Origin: Marsupella aquatica
Taxonomy: Eukaryota; Plantae; Marchantiophyta
DNA: 64,000 nucleotides
Assembly (NCBI GenBank): GCA_973895155.1
Contig: OZ316895.1
Coordinates: 14,008,225 to 14,072,224 of the forward strand
Direction: 5' to 3'
Shown here piece after piece: positions 1-11,334 of this stretch (within the stretch, counting starts at the first letter, position 1; every line of letters starts with the position of its first letter). A program made the translations under genes and the position numbers. Under the pieces are notes generated by a model. It did not search any database. It had not been told where the DNA came from and saw nothing but the letters and a program-made list of their open reading frames with translations.

Positions 1-871
1 AGGCAACTATAGTGGTGCCAGTCAAAAATCCCATAGCACGCTCTCTCTCATCAGCAGTAGGCTCCACTAACTGTTGGAGAGCTGTGTCCCATACAAGTCC
101 AGGGCCACCTGCTCTGAATGCATATGAAGCAGAGTGGCTTACAAGAGTGGGTAATGCACAACGTGGGCACCCAACTGCATTGACCATTGCCAATGGAGGT
201 CTATCAGGTTGGGTCACACCCTATGCACGACGCCCTGGATCCAAAATATCATCCACCACTAAGGCTGGTGAGCGTGGAATGCTGTCAAATACACGCTTCA
301 GCACCTCACATGGGATCAAATTAGTCCATCATAAGCGTGGACGATGTGCACGAGAACCCACACGTGCAGCATCCAATAACACAGCAGGTCCAATCCAAGA
401 CCTCACTTGGTGAACACTGGCAACAATCCGACTACGATCATCACCTAACAATGACACATTCTCCAAAATGTATGTTGGAGACTGTGTCTGATGTAGCTGG
501 AGGTGACGCAGCACCCATAACATCTCCCAAAACAATGCAGAGTGTGGATCATGAAGTCCATGCCCAATGCCAGCTCTAGATTGGCCCTGACATGGCCAAC
601 CAGCAATCACCAAATCAATGGGGCCAACACGATGTAGATGATCCGCCCCCAGCAATGAAATATCAGTAGGTAGTGCATGCTGATAACCACGAACAGCATC
701 CACTGGTAGCAACTATGGATATCTATCCACCAACATAGCCACATGTCGCAATGAGACCCTCCGTGCTGTCTCATCTGTCTCCACATACAAATAACGACGC
801 ACAGGAATTCCTGCCTGAAGAATAGCAGCCAATCCAGTGCTAATCCCACCAAAAAGATCCAACAAACAAAT
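1..871 (-). pseudogene. DNMT3-like DNA (cytosine-5)-methyltransferase domain fused in the retrotransposon polyprotein (stops at 713-715, 329-331, 221-223)
   Basis: Motifs in canonical order: I LLDLFGGISTG, II YVETD, III TDISLL, IV DLVIAGWPCQG (catalytic Cys at 590-592), V SALFWE, VI ILENV, VIII LDAARVGSRAHRPRL*WTN, IX ERERAMGF. These resemble DNMT3 motifs FDGIATG, IDAKEVSAAHRARYFWGN and EMERVFGF. Confidence 0.9.
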
Positions 872-1249
872 ACCCTCCGGTGAATATTGCCAAGCAATAG
901 GAGTGGTATCCAATGGTGAAAGAGTCACAGGTCCATCTGCAAGAGACTGCTCTACTCCTGACTGTGGTGTAAAAGCATGACGCCATGCATCATGTACCAA
1001 TCGTGCTGCTGCCTGTGGCAAGGCTTGTGCAGTGCCCCACACTAGTGGCACAACACTGCCAACAGGTAACCCTCGCATGATGTGCTCCTCATGAGACTCC
1101 TCCAATGGTGGAACATCGGTTGCATGCGCATTACCCTCAATCAAATCATCAGGTCCAGCAATTACACCACTGAATGCTGCCAAAGACAATGGTGTGGATT
1201 TAGAGCCTCCCACAGGTCCACTAAATCTCACTGGCAATTTGCTCAATCG

Positions 1250-1650
1250 AGCATCTCCTGACTGCCAATCAGGTCTATATGACACTGATTCCTCCCAAAA
1301 ATCAAGAATAAATTCCATGGGGTAGAGCACTGTACATCCCACCAACACATCATATAACTCTGCCTTAGTCAGAATAGCTCGCGCCTGTATCTGTGAGCTA
1401 TCTGTGGTATGACCTTCCTGAATCCTCAAATCAAGTGGTCTCCTGGTGATATGCTGTGTAGGTGTAGGTCCCCCCAATGAAGTCTGAATGGGAAAGGGAC
1501 AATCCTCCAAATCCTCTGGACGCAATCCCAATCCACGTATGGCAGACTTCCCCAACATCAAGGGCTGAGCACCAGTATCCAGTAACACTCTCTCTGGCTG
1601 GTATACTGCTCCAGAAGGCCCAACTAATCGGAAGATACCACTCCGATTAT
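1250..1650 (-). CDS. Retroviral-type aspartic protease domain (within ORF 713..2410)
   Basis: VLLDTGAQ active-site motif (Asp codon 1577-1579) and downstream YDVLVG motif; boundaries approximate. Confidence 0.85.
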
Positions 1651-2410
1651 CCAATGACACAACACTAGATTTAAACCTAGTCCTCTCAAATGCAACGCGT
1701 GTTGGTAAATCCACCAACCTCGCTACTGCTGCATGCCATGTCTCACTAGTAGCAGTAGGTGGCATGGTCTTCACTGCATCAACACTGCAAGTTGCTTCTG
1801 CATGGGAAGCAACCACTGGAGTGTCCTCACAGAGTGTAGCTGTCAATCTGAACATTTCTGCAGGACCAACTCCCAAGTTCAGCATGTCTGTCGCTGAAAA
1901 TAATGGGGTGCGTACTATGGCAGTAGCCGCCCCCAGCAAGGTACCTGTCATCCCTGCTGCATCACTACCTGATTCTGCCAACTTACCCACATCAGGGTTT
2001 GTCCGAACCGGGTTCATAGAGGCAGTCTGAACTGTCTCTGACAATGTAAAAGACTGAGGAAGCTTTGTCTGCCGACGTGCATCCCCCCTTTGTGGATCTA
2101 ACTCCACTACTGCTCCTCGGGGCTCAAGAGCTTTGGTTGCCCCACGTGTCAAAGCTGCTGATGCATCAATATGTGCAGTGCCACACATGAATCCCATGGT
2201 GGCAAGGTCTCCATCAGCTCCATAAGATGTGGAAGGACCATGGGATGTGGAAGGTCCATAGGATGTAGATGCCCCATCACCAGAATTAGGTCTCACCTGG
2301 GAACTAGCCATGGCAGCTAGTTGTTGCTCCAATTGAGCAATCTTAGCATCCTTTGGATCTATGGTTATAGTAGGGGCAGCGTCACCTCCCTGTCTCCCTG
2401 CATGTGGCAT

Positions 2411-3721
2411 GCCACGACCACGTCCACCACCTCTACCTCCTCTTCCCTGATCATGTGTACGGGATCCTCCTCTCCGTAACTCAGGGTGGAGTGAGAAACA
2501 CCTATCCTTGGTGTGTCCAGGAGCTCCACAATGATCACATTGTCGCTGATCAGGCGCTGATGCTCCCCCTGATCCTCTATGATCTGGACAATATCTCTGT
2601 GCATGATCCCCACCACAGGTCCAACATCCTAACTACTGTCCAGCATAAGAGGGCACAGGTCTCTGGCTGGTAGACTCTCGTGCAGTAGGCTTCTCCCTCT
2701 GGCTCTTTCGTGCAGTAGGCTGTGGTGTGGATGTAGATGCAGCCTTTGGTGCTTCCTTGGCAAATCCGGAAGTCACCACCTTCTCATTCACCATATTGAG
2801 CTCAATGCGCTCAGAAAGGGTGAAAACAACTGCTAATGTGGGATCTGCATCCCTAAGCAGAGTGACATCTCTCACTCTGCGTCGCAATTCTCTGTCCAGA
2901 ATTGCATACCAAAACTGGACTGCCTGAGCCTCTGTCACTCCCTTGGTGACAGTGATCAATCTGCGCATACGTGTGTATGCCTCACGTAGGCTCTCTCCAG
3001 TCTTGCGTTGGAACTCCTGAAGACCCTTCAACTTATCAGTTCTCACACCCTGATAGTTCTGCTTCAGTACCTCAAAGAATTCTACCACAGGATTAAATGT
3101 TGGCGCAACTCCAGTTCCTGTCACAATCACACCGGCAGGAGTAGTGGTGGATGCTGCTGGAGTGCTGTTGGTGGATGGTGTGCCACTCTGGCTAGTGCTG
3201 CTAGAAGAAGCAGCAGCTGTGGCAATTGGTTGGGCAGCCGCACTAGTGCCATAGGTGATGGACACGTAATTAGGCGACCAATGCTGCCTCCATGCCTCAA
3301 TTTCAACCAAATGAGCCTTCCGAAACTCATGGTAGTTATCCATGGGTGGCCCCTCCAAATGCTGGAATAATCCCTTCCATGCCATGAAAGGGGTAAACAA
3401 CGTGACATTACGCAATGTCTGCATATCGCACCACGTATCAAACTCCTGGATGAAGTCATCCAGATCAATTGTGCCAACTGCACCAGAGTATCGTCGTGGG
3501 CCCTTTGTAGCCCCGTACATCTCGTCCATATCCCACAACAAAGGTGCAACCACCTGATGATGAGGAGAACTGGTCACTGAGTCCTCATCAGAATCACTGT
3601 CTGAAGCTGCACTACTGACTGCTATCAATGCTGCTGGCCGAAACTGTGCCCCACTCCGAGTGAAACCGGTCCGTCGTCCATCGGGTAATCCAGCAGCACC
3701 AGAAGAATCCGTGGTGACCAA
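2411..3721 (-). pseudogene. Retrotransposon Gag with two zinc knuckles and an RGG box (in-frame TAG at 2633-2635)
   Basis: Capsid-like segment FQRKTGESLREAYTRMRRL. Reading through the TAG gives CWTCGGDHAQRYC (CX2CX3HX4C) and CDHCGAPGHTKDRC (CX2CX4HX4C), then GRGGRGGGRGRG. Confidence 0.85.
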
Positions 3722-4180
3722 CCCTAACCTAATCTATGTGCTAACCCTAAGGGCAATCTATCCCTGTCAGCACCACAAGCACTCACCATGGTGTGTTGGG
3801 CATCACTCCAACATCACCAAGAGAGAAATACACAGCACACTAGAATGTCCAGTTGCAAACCCGGATCACTCCTATGGAATCAAGCGCCCACACGAAACTA
3901 ACATGGCGCATAAACAGGAAACATGTGTGAAGAGGATCCAGAAACAAGAATGGATACCATTCAACTCTCCACACAAAAGCAAATGCAAATCAATATGACA
4001 ATGTGCATAAGGTTCAAGGAAGAGCCTTCATAATAGGCTTCACAATGGCACTCCAATGTTGTAGATGAGAACCAAGGCAAAATTGGTTCAATCTGTGAGT
4101 CTAGATGGACTCAGAAGTATCAAAAACCCTCAAATAACCTCTGATTTGGCCTAGAATAGGCCTCTAAACAAACCGGGAAG

Positions 4181-4308
4181 TATATAAAGCCCCCTGGCGC
4201 TTGAATCTAAACAACAAGTTGTCAAAGCTTGTGTGTACACAAGGTGGGATGAGAACTTGCCAGTTAAGCGCTCGCGGCCGGGAATAGCCCCGGGATGGGT
4301 GACCTCCT
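4181..4308 (+). promoter_or_regulatory. 5S rRNA-derived type-1 RNA polymerase III promoter (TATA, A box, intermediate element, C box)
   Basis: 4252-4308 aligns without gaps to ~nt 40-96 of the plant 5S rRNA consensus as I recall it (~43/57 identical). A box AGTTAAGCG is at 4262-4270 and C box GGATGGGTGACCTCCT at 4293-4308, with the 5S 22-nt spacing. Projected +1 is 4213, which places TATATA at about -32, GC at -14/-13 and C at -1. Confidence 0.75.
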
Positions 4309-4333
4309 CGCGCTCGACCTTGTGCCTCCCCTC

Positions 4334-4448
4334 GCGCTCACGGCCCGGAATAGCCCCGGGATGGGTGACCTCGACCTCGCGCCTGCCTGCGCTCGCGATG
4401 GGTGACTTTGCGCTCGCGGTTGGGAGCACTTTCGGGATGGGTGACCTC
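4334..4448 (+). repeat. Three further partial copies of the 5S C box (GATGGGTGAC)
   Basis: Copies at ~4334-4372 (intermediate element plus C box), ~4397-4406 and ~4434-4448. Confidence 0.8.
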
Positions 4449-4689
4449 GTGCGCCTCACACCTAACCCCAAAAACAACTACTTCCTTCACGAAAAGCTCC
4501 CGAAAACTGTCAATTTCCTTCATGAAAAACGCAGCCCTTCCACAGAATTGGCAGCAGCTTGATTCAACACCCTTGACCCTCGTTTCTTTCACTGAAACGA
4601 TGATACCGTCGCACGGGGCATTGGCAGCTCCGTTCCTTCAGGAAAAGAGCCGTCGCTTCACCTGCGCCTTGCCAACATCGTCCAACAAT

Positions 4690-4778
4690 AGCCGGCAATC
4701 AGATCTGAAGCCCCACAGTAGCCGACAATCAGATCTGAAGCCTCACAGTAGCCGGCAATCGGATCTGGAGCCTCACGG
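4690..4778. repeat. 30-bp tandem repeat x3
   Basis: Unit AGCCGGCAATCAGATCTGAAGCCYCACAGT, three near-identical copies. Confidence 0.85.
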
Positions 4779-7700
4779 ATCGACTTCCACTGTCCAACAT
4801 CTACTCAACATTCGCTTTCCTCCACGAATCATCAATCGACCTCCAAACTCAAAACTCCAACTCAAAACCTGTCACCAATCACAGATCTGTACATCGATCG
4901 GGAAGCAGGCCGATCGGACAACAACGATACAGGTCAAGATACCAACAATCTGTTCGATAACAACACACGATCCGAGCTACCACGAACCGTCGACAACTCA
5001 ATCAATCGAACTTTTGTCCGCACAGTCCGTACAACAGATTTCGAATGTGATCTTTCAATGTAATCTCCATACAATCGGCACAACAATCTCGGTCAACAAT
5101 ACCCCATCGATCCCACACCGATCCGATCACACACGTATGCCAACGCACCTTGCACTACTCAAGGAATCCACGTTACACAAGCGGAGCTCACAGCCACCAT
5201 AGCCACACTCAAGGTCCTCTCTCTCCAAGGCTCAACATTGAAAGATGACCTTTCAATGCCTCACAAGTGAGAAGTACCCTCTCACACAAACCTGACAGAA
5301 CCTTATCGGCTCCAATAGCACTCATACCAAACGTACATACTCTAATAGCACGATATACTACTACACTACTCAGAATGGTGTGACAACTCTCTCTTGGCCC
5401 CACCCATAGTCATTTACACATCCCTATGTCTTCCTTTGTAAAACGGGCATTGGAAAGGACCAGAGCAGTTGCGCGCTGTCATCGGGCTGTCGACCATTGA
5501 GTGAGAGGAGCAAAGCTTATGTCTTCCTTTGTGAAACGGGAAAATAGAGAGGGCCGGAGCTGCTGCCGACCTGCTACTGTGCACGCTCAACGAGGCTTTT
5601 GACCATTGATCATTGAGTGAGAGAAGGTTCACGACTCTCAACTTTTGTTACTCTCACAGAGGTTAGTTTGTTTGTTGAGCCTCCAATTTACTCAGAATTC
5701 ACGATGTTTCTTCTCTCTATGTGCGAGCCCTTTTCTAGGCACCCATATACCCATGACCATGGTCTCTTCTTTCCCGTGTCCCAAAAGTTCCTTGGCACTA
5801 GTAAGCTAGATTGGGCGGTGGTCCGCTCCTCCCCTGAGGCTCATGGAGTGCTCTAAAAGCATCGCACTAGTCAGATAGCTCGATTTCATTAGAAGTGCAG
5901 TTGCTATTGAAGTACTAGTTGTAGACAAGATGTGTTGTCAAACAAGGGAGACCTGGTAGACAACCAATGGGGAGCCATTTCTGTTTTCACTATATACAGT
6001 GGCCTATTTTTGACAACAGATTTGGCAAATATAGTCATAAACTCTATAGCTCCACGGGTGGGGGTGCTTTGAATTTGATTATGTCATTGACCTTGTGTGC
6101 AAGCTTCTGTGTTGCCTTGTATTCATTAAGAGAAGTACATAAGTAAGCTGACCTCAGTTTTCCCTCACAAAGCACTGTAGTAGCTCCTGTCATCTTAAAA
6201 TGTTTACCTTTCCTCAACATTTTTCTTACTGCCATTGGTATCTAGAGATGCAGGGAGATCAGTCTATAGTTGAGTTTGAGACAACTATAGTGCTGTTGTC
6301 CGGGAGCAAGATCAGGGCAGCAAGACAACAACAGAGATTGGGGTAGTGTCAAAGCAATGTTGTAGTAACTAGTAAGCAAAATATTAAAGAACTTTTGCAT
6401 TTATCAGTCTATATAGATTAAATTGATTGGGCTTATTCAGGGAAGATCTTTACTAGTTAGATATAGAGGGAAGACTGAATTTACATCAAAACATTTTTGT
6501 TTTGGTAAAAAGAGGAGTGAGGTGAAACTTGACCGGCTGCATTTAGTCCAGAAGGGGAGTTACCCCAAAATAGAGCTCTAAAACAAATTCAGAGTGAATT
6601 TCTTTCAAATTTCCATGATTCCAAGACACACAGCTTGACAGTTCACACCTTTCATGAATTAAGTTTGCAAGTTGGGTTGGGGATAGTCAAAAAAGAGTTT
6701 TGCAATCTAGAATTCACCCAATAAGTGCACGGGAGGACCAAAACCTCACTTGTCCCTTATTCAATTTCAATCACCAAGTATATGTCAAGAGTGCGAGTGC
6801 AAGAATGTCTTCTGATTTCACTTATCTGGCTGTAGTAAGGACCTTTCTCCACCCAACTATATATTCGCAATTGAAAGCTACTTTTCAGGACCTACAGTCA
6901 AGAGTGAAGCCTCCAAACCATGTTGGAGTTAAGGTGTGAGTGGAAACAGTAAAGAGAGTTCTTGAAGAGGAGGCCAACTCCACTAACAGCAAACTCAAGG
7001 TCAAAGGATCCAAAGACCCATAGGTAAATCTTTTGAAGAGGCTAAGCTGTTAAATTAGGGCATTTGTATGAATAGACAGCACAAGGTGCTCAGCTCTCCC
7101 TGCCCTTGTCAAGCATGATTTGACTATGTATTTAGACTGAATTTATTCATGGGACAATCTATTCTACCAAGTACTAGCTGCTACCTGAAGGTATCATAGG
7201 ATTTTTGGGCTCAACAATGTCAGGGACCAAATAATCATTGGTCCTTCCCATCCTCTCTGAATGACTTGTGTTTGGAAGCTGATTTTGTGATTGGCTTGAG
7301 CCGAATGATAGGGATTCCATCATCCCAAGGGGAGCACAGAAGAGTGCCCTTCAATTGCAAAACAAAAATTGGTACCATAAGGTACTGGTACCTTGGAGGT
7401 CGCCAGCGTTCCAGTCACCGAGCACAATCCAATGAAGCCTCTCACCCATGATTCAACACCTTCTTTACATCACACATCAAACACCACACAAGTTTGGGCA
7501 GTGTTTTCCTCCTTCAAAGAATTGGTGCTCTTGACTGCCAATTCCTTATTCAAAAAACTGAAGCTCTTGACTCTCCCTCCCGTGTTGAACTCTTGACTCT
7601 CCCAACCCTTCACATTTGAAGTTCAAGACTCTCTCCCTAAACCCTTCCTAAGTCTCTGCTAAAATGTACCGTGCTTGCCCAACTGTGAAACACTCACTTA

Positions 7701-8788
7701 GCAAGTTAGTGCATGACTAACTGCGTTCGCTCCCACAAGAACCTGGGGAGGTGGGCAATCATGGGGGCCATGTTAAGTCCCGATGACATCTTGGTGGAGT
7801 GTCAAGTCCAGAAGATGCCAGAGAAGTCGTGTTAAGTCCAAACTTGCTTCAGGATAGCAACTACTTTACAATCTCTCTGTCAGTTATACAACAAAGTCAT
7901 ATCATATTGAGTAAGTATGGAGAAAAACTGTATTTCACCATTGTAATGCAAACATCCATCCTCCAATTAAATCCATTCCTTGAGGATTGAGCAAGTTCAA
8001 TGGTCTGATATGCATTCAACATGACAACAAAGACCACTCAATAAAGATTCACACAATAGTGCTTGCACATGCAGACTGGCATGCAAATACATATCTTGCC
8101 TTCAACCTTACAACTCAATGAGATGATACACAGGGAATCCAGGCAAAACAATTTTATTCAAGTTTTAATCCATACTTTTGGGTCATAAACTCTCACTGAG
8201 TCACAATGTTTGCAACACTTCCAGACCTGACCACTGCTAGCCTACCATATCCACATTGTCTTGGATTTTAAACTGTACTATTGTCCAAAAACTTAGATGG
8301 GCAATGCTAGAAAAAAAGACAAAAACCATGCACATGGTAAACATCTCCTAACAAGTAGTATGAACTTTTGAGACCTCTTGACTACAAAGACTGAAACTTG
8401 TGCTCCGGTAGTACTGAGAAATGCAAACAAATAATTCACAACCACTACACAACAAAATCATCTACAACACATGTGTGAGCTACATGTTTACTATTTTGTT
8501 CAATGGACAGCCTTCCTTGCCATTTCTCTTTTCTTGAGGTAAGAAAACTTGTCACTTAACTTCTTTAGAGTGTATACAGAATCTAGGAGAATATTAGATT
8601 ACCTTTGTTGAGTGTGCAAGGATTTCATTACAAGTGAGGAGGCTAGGGGTTTGGGGTTTTCTGGAAAATAACATTTGTCTAAAAATCTCTGACTCATGCT
8701 TGTGAACCTTTCGACTTCCTTAGATTCAAGGAGAACTATCACATGTGACAATCAACAAAGTTACTCCATAGATCAGAGGCACAAACCA

Positions 8789-9213
8789 TGTAACCCCCAG
8801 ATGAAGTAACCGGGAATATTCTTTGATAGAGTGTGAGTAAAGAGTTGGTCTATCCTGTTGAGCATAGACGACAATTTGTAACGACAAGCCCATGAACCAT
8901 CCAACGTACAAGAGTCGACACAAAGAGACACTGGTTCACCTCCACATGGGGCTACATCCACGGGAACACACAAAAGCTTTATTGCACTCTAGGCTGACCA
9001 GCCATACCAAGCATCCACAACATAAGCTCTCCCTATCTCTCAACTGGCTCCGTAACAATGAGCCTGAGTTCCTACTATCCAAGCAAACACCACTTGGGTA
9101 TAGAGTGTGCACAACATGACTAACCTAACCTAGTTGGTGACTAAGGTTAGCCCTAACTATGATACAGTCATTACTCTAGACCTAAGAGTAAATCCTAACA
9201 CATCCCCCTTCCC
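8789..9213 (-). mobile_element. LTR remnant with polypurine tract (3' end of an LTR retrotransposon)
   Basis: Minus strand shows PPT GGGAAGGGGGATG (9213-9201) directly before TGTTAGG (9200), an AATAAA signal (8983-8978), and a ...TTACA end at 8877 or 8789. Left boundary uncertain. Confidence 0.6.
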
Positions 9214-9472
9214 AAAGTCCATTGGAGCATATTCCCCATCTTAATACGGGCTTAATGCTCCTTGGGGGTTTCATTTTTGGCCAGTAAAGAGGGGGGGGAG
9301 GCCAGAACCTTCTGAGTAAAATAACGAATTGGCCAATCTGAGATTACTTTATTGCCACTCTCTTTACCCTAATTTCATACTTTGCCAGTTGTTTTAGTTT
9401 AATTATCAAGGTGCCACCTTTTTTCATATTGTTTAAACAACCATCCAACAATCAACATCCTACAGTACAAGT

Positions 9473-9566
9473 TTTCATCATTGGATAGTCATTCCCATCC
9501 TTAACTTTAACTCAATACCTTTCATCATTGGATAGTCATTCCCATCCTTAACTTTAACTCAATACC
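9473..9566. repeat. ~46-bp tandem duplication
   Basis: TTTCATCATTGGATAGTCATTCCCATCCTTAACTTTAACTCAATACC present twice. Confidence 0.85.
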
Positions 9567-10097
9567 CTCTCTCACTCTCGACCAGGAGGGATGGGGGAGT
9601 GAGGCTACAAATCAGGTGGGGCTGGAGCAGGTTGAGGCTGGAGCAAAGTAAGCAACACAACCCAATGTCGAGGATTGGAAAGGGTGTTGCGGGGAGGGTA
9701 AAGGACATGGATGGCCATCTAATACTAAGACCCAACTGGATCTTGATTCCCTGTCTTGATTGGCCATTGTTTCAAGTTACCAAGAGCGACTTGGAAGCAG
9801 ATGGCAAGATACACATTTTGACAAAGGATAGTGACAATGCAGGAAATCCCAGTTTGGCCAATCAAGGAGAATAATGAGGTCACTTGTAAGCTAAGATTTA
9901 GGCAAAAGTTTGCACAGAAAAAAATGGGTGGAAGGAATTAAAGGAAGTGCTGTAGCCTAGACTGGCCTATATAATAATATAAGGGAGTTCTAAAGCTTCA
10001 ACTGTGTGGATGATGGCTTTTGGCCATAGCTTTTTCACAAGTTATGTTATGTTTTTTCACTAGTCCCTGCAATGACTTGTGGTCAAGGCATATGACC

Positions 10098-11016
10098 CAT
10101 CTTTAAGGCAAAAATTTATGGACTATGAATTTGATTGGACGTAACTTTTGCTGTCCCTAATCTTAAACAACTAAGCTAAGGTCCATCAAATTTTGAGGTT
10201 TGAGAACCCCTATTACTCTGTATATTGTGAGATAGACTAGATAGGTTTAGATGACATGGCCAGCCTCTAAACATGGCCCACATGAAGGACAAAAGACAGT
10301 ATCTTTATGGCAAAAGGTTATCAAATTTGATAGTCCATAACTTTTTGCCATAAAGATACTTTTGTTCCTTGTGCGGGCCATGTGTAGAGGCTGGCCATGT
10401 CATCTAAACCTGTCCAATCTATCTCACAATATATGGAATAATAGTGGTTTTCGAATGTCAAAATTTGATTGGCCTTAGTTAAGATTAGGTCAGAAAAACT
10501 ATAGCTTAGTAGTTAAACAGTCACTAGTCATATGAAAAGGGGAAGTGTCCAAGACTTCTCTCTTTTTCACTTTCCTCTCATTCTTCTCCTCTCCCCTTCC
10601 ATATTGTTCCACAAATTCAAGAAAGAATACTATTTATGGTGAAATCTGGTGTAACCAGGTTGTTAGGTTGTTGTCATGGCTAGTGGTGGTTTAAGGGTAT
10701 GGCAAAAAGCTTTTTGTGTCCCTAACCTTAGCCACTAACACATTGTTGCACAAATTCAAGAAAGAATACTCTTGTTTATGGTGAAACCTGGTTTTTGTCA
10801 TGGCTAGTGGTGGTTTAAGGGTATGGCAAAAAGGTTTTTGTGTCCCTAACCTTAACCACTTATGGTGAAACCTGGTTATTGTCATGGCTAGTGGTGGTTT
10901 AAGGGTATGGCAAAAAGGTTTTTGTGTCCCTAACCTTAACCACTAAGCTAAGATCAGATTTATTACTCCGTATATTGGGAGATAGAGTGGAGAGGTTTAG
11001 ATGACATGGCCCGCAC
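10098..11016. mobile_element. Foldback/MITE-like element: ~170-bp-arm inverted repeat, internal tandem repeats and a third arm copy
   Basis: 10143-10321 is the reverse complement of 10337-10500 (e.g. AGGTTTAGATGACATGGCCAGCCTCTA vs TAGAGGCTGGCCATGTCATCTAAACCT). Three copies of GTCATGGCTAGTGGTGGTTTAAGGGTATGGCAAAAAG lie in 10610-10946, and an arm copy recurs at ~10960-11016. Confidence 0.65.
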
Positions 11017-11334
11017 GAGGAACAAACGTAATTGGCTTTGCTTGCTCGCTCGCTCGCTCGAGTGAGAGGTGGTCGACATGAATCAATTCGCTGCTCCTGC
11101 TGAGGAATGAGTGAGTGAAGCTGTGGCGTTCTTCTCGCATGCCGTGGAAGTGAAGAGACGATTCATCTGCACTCCCTGTTGTGGCGAAAACCTTGATGCT
11201 CTTGGGAAGGAAATGTGGCGGTTGCGGAGAGAGGAGATCATGAGGCGGATGGGATTCATGCTCGTTGATAGCATTCCGGCGTCCATGCCGATTGTGCACG
11301 AAATTGTTTTGAAGTGAGGATAGGAAACGAAGCC

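Larger units (their letters stand above)
1..5385 (-). mobile_element. Ty3/Gypsy-like LTR retrotransposon, 5' part (gag, zinc knuckles, protease, DNMT3-like methyltransferase); continues beyond window start
   Basis: One minus-strand frame runs from ~3721 to 1: ORFs 2633..3721, 713..2410 and 329..712 share a frame and are separated only by single stops. Order is gag, CCHC knuckles, aspartic protease, C5-MTase. RT and integrase are not in the window, so the superfamily and the right boundary (5385) are tentative. Confidence 0.8.
4057..5385 (-). repeat. Candidate 5' LTR / leader of the DNMT-carrying element
   Basis: Minus strand begins TGTCACACC at 5385 (preceded by purine-rich AAGAGAGAG) and could end ...CAACA at 4057, followed by TTGG. 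No second copy is in the window and no clear tRNA PBS was matched. Confidence 0.3.

Noticed and set aside
4213-4330. A true 5S rRNA gene
   Set aside because: Only the internal control region matches. The 5' ~39 nt and the 3' end of 5S, and the T-run terminator, are absent.
4402-5202. 266-aa plus-strand ORF
   Set aside because: Low-complexity S/T/P/Q translation containing the 30-bp repeat, with no domain motif. Likely a by-product of T-poor strand composition.
5900-7600. Possible decayed transposon coding sequence
   Set aside because: Fragments look protein-like but are riddled with stops, and I could not identify any diagnostic motif.
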